Shown piece after piece: positions 42,395-53,220 of a DNA stretch of 64,000 bases (position 1 is its first letter; the number at the start of each line of letters is the position of its first letter). This DNA is from an uncultured delta proteobacterium. Lineage in GTDB: Bacteria > Desulfobacterota > Binatia > UBA9968. The translations under genes were made by a program, and so were the position numbers. Where the stretch lies: assembly GCA_963840855.1 (NCBI GenBank), contig CAWJBB010000041.1, positions 192,001-256,000 on the forward strand, written 5' to 3'. The notes beneath the pieces are model-generated. The model worked only from the letters and a program-made list of their open reading frames with translations. It ran no database searches and was not told the DNA's origin.

Positions 42395-42648
42395 ATCAGT
42401 TTTTGTCGACGCGATCCTATGACATGGAGGAGCGAGGTTCTCGAGTAAGTATAAAGAGTGGGGTGAAGACCGCCTCGGCGCGGATATAGAAGCGGATTGG
42501 CAAATGATCGACGAAGTCATATCACGCCGGGATACTAATTTAGATACAGCAGTGAATGGTGTGAAAAGACAAAGAATTTGGATTCGAACGCCGATAAAGT
42601 AAATAAGGCCGATCTTTCGCACGGAAATCAAAATCATGGAGAATCGAT

Positions 42649-43741
42649 ATGAGAAGCAGAATCTTCCTCGTCGCGGTCATATGTTTCACCCTAGCGCTGA
42701 GTGGTTTGGGTGTTTCCTTGTTTTTGCCTATGCAGAGCCGAGAGCGGGTCGCTGATATTGCCTACGCGCAGAATCCATCTTTTTACCAAGGAAAGACCAT
42801 TCGCATCATCGTCGGGAGCGACAGCGGCGGCCTTTACGACCTCTGGGCTCGGCTCTTCGCCAAGCACATGCCGAAGCACATCCCGGGTAATCCGAATATG
42901 ATTGTTCAGAATATGCCTGGCGCCGGCGGTCTCGCGGCGACGAATTATCTTTACGGGCTGACTAAATCAGACGGACTGACTTTGGGGATGTTTCAGGCGC
43001 ATCGGTACATGCAGCAACTCACCGGAGCGGAAGAGGTCAAGTTTGATCTGCGTAAATTCAACTGGATCGGCACCATGGAAAAAACCGAGGTCATGTTTTA
43101 TGTCCGCGCCGATGTTCCTTACAAATCTTTCGACGACGTCCTAAAGTCGAGCGAGCCTCTCAAGTGTGGTGCCACAGGCTCCACCGACGGTACTTACTTG
43201 CTGGCTAAGATTTTTGAGGAGACCCTCGGAGCCAAATTCAATCTGGTCGTCGGCTATCAAAGCGGTAATGCAATCGATCTGGCAATGGAAAAGGGCGAGG
43301 TTGTTTGCCGCGGCATGATCGTCACAGGCCATTTCAGCCGAGAGCCCTTTCTCACATGGCACAAGAAGGGTTTTGATCGTCACTTGGCTCAGAGCGGTCA
43401 AAAAAGAGACCCCAGAATGGCCGAAGTTCCGTCGCTGGTAGAACTGATGGACAAATATAAGACCAGCTGATGTGAGCCGGCGCGTCGCTCAGGTGATACT
43501 GGCCGGCAACGAGTACGGCCGTCCCATGGTGGCTACTCCGGGGGTTCCTGCGGATCGAGTTAGAATACTGCGCGAGGCTTACTCAAGGGCCCTAAAGGAT
43601 CCGCAGCTTCTGGAAGAGGCGAAACAGTCCAAATTGGAAGTTGAACCGGCCTCCGGAGAAGAGTTGCAAGCTCTTACGGAAAGAGTGATGAATCAATCTC
43701 CAGAGGTCATCGAAAGGGTTAAAAGGCTCGTAGGCAATTAG
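42649..43741 (+). CDS. Bug/TctC tripartite tricarboxylate transporter substrate-binding protein (frameshift near 43468)
   Basis: FYQGKTIRIIVG..GGLYD, HIPGNP...QNMPGAGG; C-terminal PGVPADRV in the next frame. Confidence 0.85.
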
Positions 43742-43792
43742 CGTTCGCGATGGGAAGTCGCCCTGGCTAAATCCCAGGTGTAGTGAATTTCG

Positions 43793-44558
43793 CTAGGCGA
43801 GCCGGTTTCCGCTGGCCAACAGTTTTCCCCATCCGGTTACCGGCGGAATAATTCCTGGAAAAACAAGATTGCGCCAGACCTCGGCGCTTGTTCTGGTAAA
43901 GGTAGGTTTGCCAAACTCCTCTTCGATTACGGGTATGACGTGGAGGCTCATTGTCGCTCCGCCCGGAACGAAGATTGCTTCCGCATCTGAGGCCACGCGA
44001 GCAGCCTCGCGGCCAACCTCCAGCGCTAGCTTTAAGCCTTCCTCAAACGACATGGCAAAAGCCTCCTTTCCCCACTGGCCGCGCTTTGTAATTCCAACTA
44101 CCTTGATGCCGCCATCCTCCAGATATCGTACGACGGCCTGATTGAATTCATCTGTCCATCGTCCTCCCACCGCGAGCTTTTTCAATCCCAGGTGTTGCAT
44201 CGCTGCAATAGCGGCTTCGAGAGGCGCATCACCACGTATGCCGGTCTTGTCTTCGGCCTCTTTTAATAACCTTACCACGCGGGGCCGTCCCAACTGCGCG
44301 GATACCGGAGTCCCACCGAGAACAAATACATCGACCTTTTCTTGCGCCAGCGCATCGACGCAATTCCAGTAGTTTGGAATGGCGGCCTCCACAGCGTCCC
44401 GGGTAAAATCTCTTATCCCCAGAACCGCAGTGACCAACATAATATTGGTAGGGACAATCTGGTAAAACTCGTAACCAGGTCCGCGTCTCGCTCTGCGCGC
44501 CTCGACGGCGGCCGGATCAATGTGACCAAAGCGAAATTTTGGTATGAGCCTTTCCATA
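43793..44558 (-). CDS. Maleate isomerase / arylmalonate decarboxylase family protein
   Basis: LGGTPVS, AAMQHLGLKKLAV, AEAIFVPGG, IEEEFGKP, GWGKLL. Confidence 0.75.
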
Positions 44559-44812
44559 CTGCCCCTCCCGTTCGAGAACGTCATAGTGGTTTGCGAGCCG
44601 ATCATTTCTTCGCGTAATACAGGGAGACCTGGGTGTCAAGCTACCTTTGCGTCGGACGACGGTAAGGGGCGTGCATAAGACGTGAGGGGAAAAGGTTCCA
44701 GACGTTCCAAGCCTCGGGGTAGCGGAAAGAAGCCGGAAGGAGTATTCCCATATCTTGGGAATTGTCGAAACGTCGAAATGAATGCTAGATCAACAAGAGG
44801 AAGGAAGATGCT

Positions 44813-45583
44813 ATGAAGATCATGAGCCTAGGCAAGATGCCGAGGAAAGTGACCGCCGAGGAGATCGCGGAACTGGAAAAGCCGTGGAATCGTTATGCCT
44901 CGCCAGGCACGCGTGTGGAGGTCGCTTTTCCTGACGATTTCGAAGGGTCCCGGGTCTGGGGAGTCCTCGCCCAGCAAAAAATGCAGAACGGCCTCGATCA
45001 TATTATGGAGGCGCCGTCCCTCATCCGGAAGATCGTGTGGGCGGCGGAGAACGGCTACGACGCGGTCGTCCAGAGTAACACGTTCGATCCGGGAATCGAT
45101 GGCGCGCGGCTCTCTGTTTCCATTCCCGTCATCGGCCCTTTCCGGACCACGATTCACATAGTCGCGAACCTGGTTGACCGGATCGGCATCGTCGTTCCGC
45201 TCCCGTCCCACGTTCCCTATACATGGCGCCTGCTGCGCACCATGGGCATGGACGGGTTCGTCACCGGCATCCGGAGCCTCGATATCTACGGCGCGGACGT
45301 CAAAGAACGGAAGGAGGAAATCACCCGCAAAACGGCCGAGCTGATTCGCAGTCTCGTGAGCGAAACCGGTGCCCACGGCGTGATCCCGCTAGGCGGCGCG
45401 CTCATTCCCAGCGTGGTTGATCCCGCGGAGCTTCAAGAAATAACCGGCGTGCCAGTCTATAACACCAAGGCGATCTCGGTCCGGGTTGCCGAGATGTGCG
45501 TAAACCTGGGGCTGACCCATAGCCCGATAACTTATCCACGTGGCAAGCTCAAGTATCAGGATTTCGCCGCCAAGCTGGCATGA
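44813..45583 (+). CDS. Asp/Glu/hydantoin racemase family protein
   Basis: AAENGYDAVV..TFDPGIDGAR..VSIPVIGP; TGVPVY; GLTHS. Confidence 0.78.
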   Translation: MKIMSLGKMPRKVTAEEIAELEKPWNRYASPGTRVEVAFPDDFEGSRVWGVLAQQKMQNGLDHIMEAPSLIRKIVWAAENGYDAVVQSNTFDPGIDGARLSVSIPVIGPFRTTIHIVANLVDRIGIVVPLPSHVPYTWRLLRTMGMDGFVTGIRSLDIYGADVKERKEEITRKTAELIRSLVSETGAHGVIPLGGALIPSVVDPAELQEITGVPVYNTKAISVRVAEMCVNLGLTHSPITYPRGKLKYQDFAAKLA

Positions 45584-45629
45584 CTCCGCCTGCGGGGGCG
45601 GATTTTCGATCGAGGCACTTTCTGTTCGG

Positions 45630-46000
45630 GAAAGTTATTTCCCACCAATTCCGCATCCATTACGAGCCTTCCCTTCCATTGAGGCTGCAGGTCCGACATA
45701 GATTTCGGAGCCTCTTCGCGGCTCACCAACTGTTTGTTGAAAACGAAAACCATCGGCGTGGCAAAGGCGCTATTGACGTAACCGCGCTTATCGTAGAAAG
45801 CCTCCCGCAAAAACTTCGCTGCGGCGAGTAGTAGCGCATGATGGCCTGCTCCTTTTGGAGGCTATTCAGGAAGACTGCGAAGTTGCAGGACATCGTACAG
45901 GTGGGCTTTGGCTCTGTTCTCCGTGAGGACTCGATTGGCCAACGCGCCCGGACTTGCCAAGCGTTGATCTTCACGAGGCTCAGTTTGTTGAAGCCGTATC
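45630..46000 (-). pseudogene. Degraded ABC (Fe/thiamine-type) substrate-binding protein fragment
   Basis: YYSPQR, FVFNKQLVSREEAPKS..DL.P.WKG.LVMD spread over several frames. Confidence 0.55.
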
Positions 46001-46097
46001 CCCCGGATGATATTGAAAGCTACGACGCGTCACTGCTCGTGAATAATCCCCGGCACGATTCGCCGGAATGCATCCGCCCGATTGGAGGTTAACGAGA

Positions 46098-47172
46098 TGA
46101 TGGACGATACCAAGGGTACGGGAAATCTCGGCCGGATCTATTTTTTGGCGCCTTTATTTGCGCATTCCTGATTGCTCTTTTGATTCCTGATTACGCCATA
46201 CCCCAAGCCCCTTTCTACAAAGGGAAGACCATCACTTTCATCAACGGTGTCGAGCCGGGCGGAACAGGAGACCTCCGGGGTAAACCCATCGCAACGTTTC
46301 TTGCCAAACACATTCCTGGAAATCCAACTGTCGTTACGGAGTACATGCCGGGCGCCGGAGGCCGAAAGGCGGCCAATCACATGTACAGCGTTGCTCGCCC
46401 GGACGGCCTCGCCATCGCTCGTATTTCCAGCAGCATAGTGCCGAACGCCGTCCTGGGCGAGACCGGAGTCCGATACGATCTCGACAAGCTCATCTATCTT
46501 GGGTCGGCGGAGAGCGTTTTTCACTTCGTTCTTTTTACGCGCAAAGATGCTGGACTAAACAATCTGGAAAAGCTGCGCGCTACTCCGCAGGTGCGGATCG
46601 CTGCCGGGCCAGTGGGGCATAGCACGTATTACCTGCCCCGGGTATTCGCTTACCTCATCGATATGAAGGAACCGAGGATCGTTCCAGGATACGGTGGGGC
46701 GGAGTCGGATATCGCTTCGATGCGCGGCGAAGTGGACCTAAGAGTCATCAGCACGGGTAGTGTAAATCGCGAGTGGATCGAGAAAGGTCTTGTAGATTTT
46801 CACGTCGCGCTTGAGATTCCACGGGGCAGGAAGTTCCCGGGCTTTACTCGTCTACCCGAGCTCGAGAGCTTTGTCAAATCGGAAAAGGATAGAAAACTCC
46901 TGGCCATGGTGCGAGCGTTCCGGCAAACTGGCGCACCTTGGATTCTTCCGCCAAAAACGCCCAAAGAGCGGGTACAGATCCTGCAGGAAGCGATGCGGAA
47001 GACTTTTGCGGACCCAGACTTCCACAGGGAGTACAAGAAAGTCACCGGCGATGATGCGACGCCGCTTCTGCCGGAGGAGCTAGAGAAGGTGATAAGGGAA
47101 CTTCCTCGCGATCCTGAGGTCGTCGAGCTTTTCAAAAAATTTGTTGGCGGCGGACCTTTGCCTTCCCGATGA
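46098..47172 (+). CDS. Bug/TctC family substrate-binding protein (start uncertain, frameshift in signal region)
   Basis: PFYKGKTIT, HIPGNP..EYMPGAGG, ARPDGL, PPKTPKERV. Confidence 0.85.
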
Positions 47173-47276
47173 TCAGAACATAGCAGAAGGGGTCAACCGG
47201 CTAAAATTCATAGGCGCGGATTGGCGTTTTAAGCTCCATAGGACCACTTTACTGTCGCACTCGCGGAAGGAGAGTC

Positions 47277-47597
47277 ATGACTTTTCCAATCACATCAATT
47301 GCTAAACTGCTGATACAACTAGCCACTATTACCCCTACGGTTAATAATTCCATCGAGCAAATTCGGCGATTAATCGATACAATTCGAAAACCTGGAGCTG
47401 GTACTCAGAATCAGCTAGACGATCTAAAGAAGGCAATAGAATTACAGGCGGCAGTCAATAAGGAGATGAACGACAAGCTGAAACTCATCGAAACGGTTCT
47501 TCAAACCGTGCAAAAGTCCCTTAAGATCTTGGCCGTGACCGGAGCGAGCGTAGGATTAATCGCACTAGTAGCGTTGGTCGTTGCGGTCGTGAAATGA
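47277..47597 (+). CDS. Hypothetical coiled-coil protein with C-terminal TM helix
   Basis: AGGAG RBS; C-terminal hydrophobic segment. Confidence 0.65.
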   Translation: MTFPITSIAKLLIQLATITPTVNNSIEQIRRLIDTIRKPGAGTQNQLDDLKKAIELQAAVNKEMNDKLKLIETVLQTVQKSLKILAVTGASVGLIALVALVVAVVK

Positions 47598-47631
47598 AAG
47601 ACGTTGTGATCGGTTAATTCAGGGTACTCCG

Positions 47632-49053
47632 CTGACGCCTGGTAATGAGTACGATGCTGTTGTTCTTGGCGGCGGGCCTAACGGGCTTGCCGCCGCCATT
47701 GTCATGGCGCAAGCCGGCAAGTCGGTCGCTGTTTTCGAAGCGAACGACACGATCGGAGGCGGCGTTCGGTCAGGCCAGCTTACGTTGCCCGGTTTCGTGC
47801 ATGACCTCTGTTCCTCGGTTTATCCACTCGCAATAGGCTCGCGGTTTTTTCGTTCGCTGCCGCTCTCGCAATACGGTCTCGAGTGGATCGAGCCGCCGGC
47901 CGCTCTCGCGCATCCGTTCGACGACGGCTCGGCGCTGATCGTCGAGCGCTCGGTTGAAGCAACGGCGGCAAAATTGGCGTCCGACTCAGCCGCCTATCAA
48001 ACGCTATTTGGTCCGTTGTGCACGGACTGGGACAGTCTCTCGGTAGACCTTTTAGCTCCACCCCGGTGGCCGAACCGACCGATTCAATTCGCGCGCTTCG
48101 GACTTGCGGCGCTTCAGCCGGCGCGGCGATTTGCCGAGCGCCGCTTCAACGAAGCTCGGACGAAAGCGTTGTTCGCCGGCTTGGCCGCGCACTCCATGCT
48201 GCCGCTCGAGACATGGGGATCGGCGGCGTTCGGCTTGGTCTTGGGTGTCACCGCGCATGCACTCGGTTGGCCCATTGTTCGCGGCGGCGCGCAGCGCCTG
48301 GCTGATGCCCTATGCTGCTATCTTCGTTCACTAGGGGGTAAGATATTTCTCGACCATCCGGTGCAAACACTGGCAGAGCTGCCGTCATCGCGAATCGTTT
48401 TGTGTGATGTGACGCCGCGCCAGTTAGTGAAAATAGCCGGCCCGCGGCTGCCGTCGTGGTATCGCGACAAGCTGAAAAAATATCGTTACGGGATGAGCGC
48501 CTTTAAGTTGGATTGGGCGTTGTCGGCTGCGGTACCATGGAGCGCGAGAGAGTGTGGCCGGGCGGCCACCGTGCATCTCGGCGGGAGTCTCTCCGAGATC
48601 GCGACTTCCGAGCGCATGGCCTGGCGCGGATCTCACGCGAACAAACCCTTTGTGCTGCTCGTGCAGCCTTCGTTATTCGACCATTCACGAGCGCCCGCGG
48701 GAAAGCACACGCTTTGGGCCTATTGCCACGTGCCGCATGGATCCGACTTCGAAATGACCGGAAGAATCGAGGCGCAGATTGAACGCTTTGCCCCCGGTTT
48801 TCGCGCGACGATCCTTGCCCGCCATGTTTCTACCCCGGCCGAGTTGCAGCGGCGCAATGCCAATCTCGTCGGCGGCGACATCAACGGCGGCGCGCCCACT
48901 CTGCGCCAATTGTTTTTTCGGCCGACCCGACAAGTGTATTCGACGCCGTCGCCCGGACTGTATATTTGCTCGTCGTCAACGCCTCCGGGCGGCGGTGTCC
49001 ATGGTTTATGTGGTTACTATGCCGCATGTACGGCTTTGCGCCAAATGATGTAG
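47632..49053 (+). CDS. Phytoene desaturase-like FAD-dependent oxidoreductase
   Basis: In-frame YDAVVLGGGPNGLAAA upstream of the called ORF; LPGFVHDLCS, NANLVGGDI, STPPGGGVHG. Start codon uncertain. Confidence 0.88.
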   Translation: MTPGNEYDAVVLGGGPNGLAAAIVMAQAGKSVAVFEANDTIGGGVRSGQLTLPGFVHDLCSSVYPLAIGSRFFRSLPLSQYGLEWIEPPAALAHPFDDGSALIVERSVEATAAKLASDSAAYQTLFGPLCTDWDSLSVDLLAPPRWPNRPIQFARFGLAALQPARRFAERRFNEARTKALFAGLAAHSMLPLETWGSAAFGLVLGVTAHALGWPIVRGGAQRLADALCCYLRSLGGKIFLDHPVQTLAELPSSRIVLCDVTPRQLVKIAGPRLPSWYRDKLKKYRYGMSAFKLDWALSAAVPWSARECGRAATVHLGGSLSEIATSERMAWRGSHANKPFVLLVQPSLFDHSRAPAGKHTLWAYCHVPHGSDFEMTGRIEAQIERFAPGFRATILARHVSTPAELQRRNANLVGGDINGGAPTLRQLFFRPTRQVYSTPSPGLYICSSSTPPGGGVHGLCGYYAACTALRQMM

Positions 49054-49273
49054 ACGAGCGTGCTCGTTGCCGCGGACGACGTTCTAAGCGCGGCGCCGCA
49101 AAAATAGATGGTTCCAGTTGTTCCAAACGTTCCAAGCCTGGCGGTAGTTCAAAGATCATTTAGGCATGAGGCGTGCCGTGTGTTTCAGAGATCTTCGTTT
49201 CCAGAAGGTCTGGTCCGCCAGGGGTTTTCGGGGAGCGAGGCACCGTCAACCTCCTTCATGATCGAAGTCCGGT

Positions 49274-50266
49274 CTAACTCAAGAGTAAGAACAGCTTGGT
49301 CGCAAGCCAGCCGATGGCGCCGCAGATCGGAAAAGTCAGGATCCAGGCGGCGACGATCTCGAGGGTTACGCCCCAGCGCACCGCGGATAAGCGCCGCGTT
49401 GCGCCCACGCCGATGATGGACGTGTTGATGGTGTGAGTCGTGCTCAAGGGAATGCCGAGGCGGGTGGCCAGCTCGATGGTCATGGCCGCGCTCGTCTCGG
49501 CGGCAAAGCCGTGCACGGGCTCCAGTTTGGTGAGGCGCAGCCCCATGGTCTTGACGATGCGCCAGCCGCCCACCGCGGTGCCAATGCCCATCGTGGCGGC
49601 GCACATTATGATGACCCAAATGGGCACGTTGAATTCCGGTATGATCCCACCCAAGAGGAGCGATAGCGTGAAAACGCCGATGAACTTCTGCCCATCGTTG
49701 GAGCCGTGGCTAAATGCCATGAATGCGGCGGAGACAATCTGTAATCGACCGAAAATCTTCCGCACCGTTCCGGGCCTGGTGTGGGCCAGGCTGCGGTAGA
49801 GCAAGCCCATCAGGAATAGGCCGCCAAAAAAACCCAAAAAGGTGGAGAACAACAGGCCGATGAGAACTTTGTTCCACCCGGTGGCAACCAGGCTCTCCGG
49901 TCCAGCCGTCGCAAGAGCCGCGCCGGTCAATCCGGCGATCAGGGCATGACTCTCGCTTGTCGGCATGCCGAAATACCACGCCAGAGTACTCCAGAAAATA
50001 ATCCCCACCATGGCTGCGCCCACCGTGGCCAGATTGATAATGTCGGGCCGAACTATGTCCTTGCCGATGGTGGCGGCCACAGCCGTGCCCGACATCGCGC
50101 CTAGCGCGTTTAGAATTGTCGCCATAATGACCGCCTGATAGGGCGACAGCACGCGCGTCGAGACCACCGTGGCGATGGCGTTGGGGGAGTCGGTCCAGCC
50201 GTTGACGAATTCAGCGGCCAGGATGAGTCCCAGGACAAAAATGAGCAGCCAGCTTGCGTCGAACAT
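49274..50266 (-). CDS. pit: PiT-family inorganic phosphate transporter
   Basis: NGWTDSPNAIATVVSTR, PTSESHAL, HGSNDGQK, GIPLSTTH. Confidence 0.93.
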   Translation of the reverse strand: MFDASWLLIFVLGLILAAEFVNGWTDSPNAIATVVSTRVLSPYQAVIMATILNALGAMSGTAVAATIGKDIVRPDIINLATVGAAMVGIIFWSTLAWYFGMPTSESHALIAGLTGAALATAGPESLVATGWNKVLIGLLFSTFLGFFGGLFLMGLLYRSLAHTRPGTVRKIFGRLQIVSAAFMAFSHGSNDGQKFIGVFTLSLLLGGIIPEFNVPIWVIIMCAATMGIGTAVGGWRIVKTMGLRLTKLEPVHGFAAETSAAMTIELATRLGIPLSTTHTINTSIIGVGATRRLSAVRWGVTLEIVAAWILTFPICGAIGWLATKLFLLLS

Positions 50267-50282
50267 TGGAGAAACAGAGCGA

Positions 50283-50897
50283 TCAGGAATTTTTCAGGCC
50301 GATGCTTTCGAGGATATTGGCGACATCTTCGCAACGATCGGTGGCGGATTCGAGGATCTCATATATGTCGAGCCACTTGATGACCTCCATCGGCGAGGTG
50401 CCATCGCCGAAAAGGTTGCCGATGGCTTTACGGTAGATGTCGTCCGCGGCATTCTCCAGGCGGTTGATCTCGATGCAATACTCGTCGATGTCGTCCAGGC
50501 GCGGCATATGCGACACGGCCTTGACCAGTTGTTCAGTAGCCGTAACGATGAGATCGGACAACTCCAGGGCTTCCGCAGTGGGCCGTTCGATTTTGAACAG
50601 GACCATGCGCGACGCACCCGCCTCGATGGCGTCCATCACGTTATCCAACGCCGTCGTCAGCGCGTGAATATCTTCCGCGTCGATGGGGGTTAAAAAGGTC
50701 TGGTTCAGGCTCCGGATCGTCCGATGGGTGAGGCGGTCGCCTTCATGTTCAAGGTCTTTGAGCTTTTTCCACGACTCTTGCGGATTGTCATAGCGCTCAA
50801 ACATTTCCTTTAGGGCTTTGGCGCCGGCGAGGGCGTTTTCCGCGGACTGTTTGAAAAGGTCAAAAAATTTTTCCCGATGGGGGGAGAAATTAAACAT
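50283..50897 (-). CDS. DUF47 (PhoU-like Pit accessory) protein
   Basis: LEHEGD, TFLTPIDAEDI, LENAAD, ESATDRCEDVAN. Confidence 0.92.
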   Translation of the reverse strand: MFNFSPHREKFFDLFKQSAENALAGAKALKEMFERYDNPQESWKKLKDLEHEGDRLTHRTIRSLNQTFLTPIDAEDIHALTTALDNVMDAIEAGASRMVLFKIERPTAEALELSDLIVTATEQLVKAVSHMPRLDDIDEYCIEINRLENAADDIYRKAIGNLFGDGTSPMEVIKWLDIYEILESATDRCEDVANILESIGLKNS

Positions 50898-50962
50898 GGA
50901 ATCGAAGCCTCTATAAAAGGGGAGAGACTTTTACATAGCAGCTTGGAGAACTTGCCGCAAGC

Positions 50963-50991
50963 AATGTTAAGGAAATGTTACGGCAATGTTA
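50963..50991 (-). promoter_or_regulatory. Pho-box array upstream of DUF47-pit
   Basis: AATGTTA three times at 50963, 50974, 50985 (11-bp period). Confidence 0.78.
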
Positions 50992-53220
50992 CGAGCCCTC
51001 GTTGGCGAGGGCGATGAGCAACCGTTCGACCCGGGCGCGAATGGCGTCGCGGACGTCGCGGAAAACTTTGAGGATATGTTCCTCGTCGCCGTGCGCTAAC
51101 GCCGGGTCGGGCAAGGTCCAATGATCACGCCTCGCGTCTGCCGGAACAGCAGGGCAGGTCTCCGTCGCGTCGCCGCAAAGCGTGATGAGTAGATCGACGC
51201 TGTCAAGCGGGACTGCGTCTAATCCTTTTGAGCTTTGATTGGAAATATCGATGCCGGCTTCTTTCATCACCTCGACCGCCAGCGGATGGACCGGTTTTGG
51301 CTCCGTTCCCGCGCTGTAGATGCGGTGGCCGTTTACGGCCAGACGGCGCGCGAATCCTTCGGCCATCTGGCTGCGGCAAGAGTTGCCGGTGCAGAGGAAC
51401 AAAATATTTTTGTGATCTGTTTCTTGTTGGACCGCCGGCAATTGAACATGCACCGTGGTGCCCTTTTGCATGACGCTCTCGATCTTAAGTTTGCCCTGGT
51501 GCGCCTGAACGATGTGCTTGACGATGGCGAGACCTAAACCGGTTCCCCCCAGCTCGCGAGAGCGCGCCTTGTCGACGCGGTAAAATCTCTCGGTGAGCCT
51601 GGGAATATCATTTGCGGGGATGCCAGACCCGGTATCGCTCACCGATAATTGAACCATTAACGGCGCGCCAGGAGCGGCCGGCGTCTTCGCAGCTTTCAAC
51701 GCGACCTTGCCGCCAGAGGGCGTGTATTTGACCGCATTATCGATCAAATTGATGAACAGTTGCTGGAGCCGGTCGAAGTCGCCGAGCAGCGGCGGTAATC
51801 CGGGTTCTATTTGTTTGTTGAGTTCGAGATTTTTCGCATTTGCCTGGTTCCAGAAAACCTCCAGCACGCGCTGTGCTAGCTGGGCGATATCCACCGGTCG
51901 CCGCGCCAGCGGCAATTTTCCTGATTCCAAATCGGACAAGGTCAAAAGGTCTTCAGTCAGGCGGCTGAGCCGTTCGGTATTGCGCTCGATGACGCCGAGA
52001 AAATGGCGCATGTCGGCGGGATCCTCTGGCGGAGTTCGGAGCAGCGTTTCGACGTAACCGCGGATGGCGGTGAGTGGCGTGCGTAACTCGTGGGATACGT
52101 TGGCGACTAAGTCCGAACGCACCAACTCCAACCGCTTGATCTCGCTGATGTCGTGAAACACGAGGATCGAACCGCATGCCTCCTGGGCGCCGTCCTTTAG
52201 ACTTACGGCGTTGACGCTGACCCAGCGGCCCTCGTCCAGTTCGACTTCCTTGGAATAGCCCCGGTTGGCGAATTCGACTTCGAGCGCCTCACGCATGACC
52301 GCCAGCATTTCGGGGTGGCGGGAAAGCTCGGCGATGGAGGCGCCCTGGACGTCACGACCGGGTGGGACTTGAAACATCCGTTTCGCCTGCTCGTTGATGA
52401 CCAAAACCCGTCCTTTGGGGTCGAGCACCAGCACGCTCTCGATCATGCAGCGCAGGATCGAGTCCGCCTTTTCCTTTTCGGCGACGATTTGTTGAATGTG
52501 GTCCCGTAGCTTGCGACCCATCTCGTTAAGGTGCCGCTCCAGAAGATTGATTTCATCGCGTCCCGTGGTGGAGAAAAAATCATGGGGAATCGTGCCACCG
52601 GCGACCTGGCGCGAGAATTCCACCAGCCGCCCCAAGCGCCGGCCAAAATGGCGGAAAAAGACATAGGCAATCAGCAAGGCGAGGGCGGAGGCAGTGAGCA
52701 AACCCATTAACAAAGCGCGCCCCAGCGCGCTCGTCCGTTTTTCTATATCGGCCAGGGGAAAGGCAAGCCGGACGATTCTCTTTCGGCTTCCTTCGTTTTG
52801 AAGAATTGCGCGATAGAAGAGATCGTAGCCGACGGTGGTGCTGTGGCGTATCGCGGAGCCACTTCCCTTGGCCAGCGCATCGACGATTTCGGGCCGCCCG
52901 GCATGGTTCTCCATGGCTTCGGCAGGTTCGGCGGAATCGCCGAGCACTTGGCCGTCCAGGGCGATGATCGTTATGCGCGCGCCTAATTCGTCGGACAGGC
53001 TCCGGGTGAGGACATCTAGCGGGGCGCCCTCCAGTTCGAAGGGCAGAGCTTTGGCGAGCAGGCGCGATTCACGCTCCATGCGCGCCCCCAGCGAGGAGAT
53101 ATAAAGGTCTTTAACAAGCGCCTCTGAATAGAAGTAAAAGCTCGCGAACAGCAGCGCGATGATGGCGAGATAGCTAAGGAAGAACTTGAATATGAGGCTA
53201 CTGTTCCAGAGCCTTTTCAT
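50989..53220 (-). CDS. phoR: Phosphate sensor kinase PhoR with C-terminal arsenate reductase (ArsC/LMWP) domain
   Basis: 2 TM helices, [47 protein letters not shown]; then ILFLCTGNSCRSQMAEG...TLCGDATETCP...HWTLPDP. Confidence 0.92.
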   Translation of the reverse strand: MKRLWNSSLIFKFFLSYLAIIALLFASFYFYSEALVKDLYISSLGARMERESRLLAKALPFELEGAPLDVLTRSLSDELGARITIIALDGQVLGDSAEPAEAMENHAGRPEIVDALAKGSGSAIRHSTTVGYDLFYRAILQNEGSRKRIVRLAFPLADIEKRTSALGRALLMGLLTASALALLIAYVFFRHFGRRLGRLVEFSRQVAGGTIPHDFFSTTGRDEINLLERHLNEMGRKLRDHIQQIVAEKEKADSILRCMIESVLVLDPKGRVLVINEQAKRMFQVPPGRDVQGASIAELSRHPEMLAVMREALEVEFANRGYSKEVELDEGRWVSVNAVSLKDGAQEACGSILVFHDISEIKRLELVRSDLVANVSHELRTPLTAIRGYVETLLRTPPEDPADMRHFLGVIERNTERLSRLTEDLLTLSDLESGKLPLARRPVDIAQLAQRVLEVFWNQANAKNLELNKQIEPGLPPLLGDFDRLQQLFINLIDNAVKYTPSGGKVALKAAKTPAAPGAPLMVQLSVSDTGSGIPANDIPRLTERFYRVDKARSRELGGTGLGLAIVKHIVQAHQGKLKIESVMQKGTTVHVQLPAVQQETDHKNILFLCTGNSCRSQMAEGFARRLAVNGHRIYSAGTEPKPVHPLAVEVMKEAGIDISNQSSKGLDAVPLDSVDLLITLCGDATETCPAVPADARRDHWTLPDPALAHGDEEHILKVFRDVRDAIRARVERLLIALANEGS

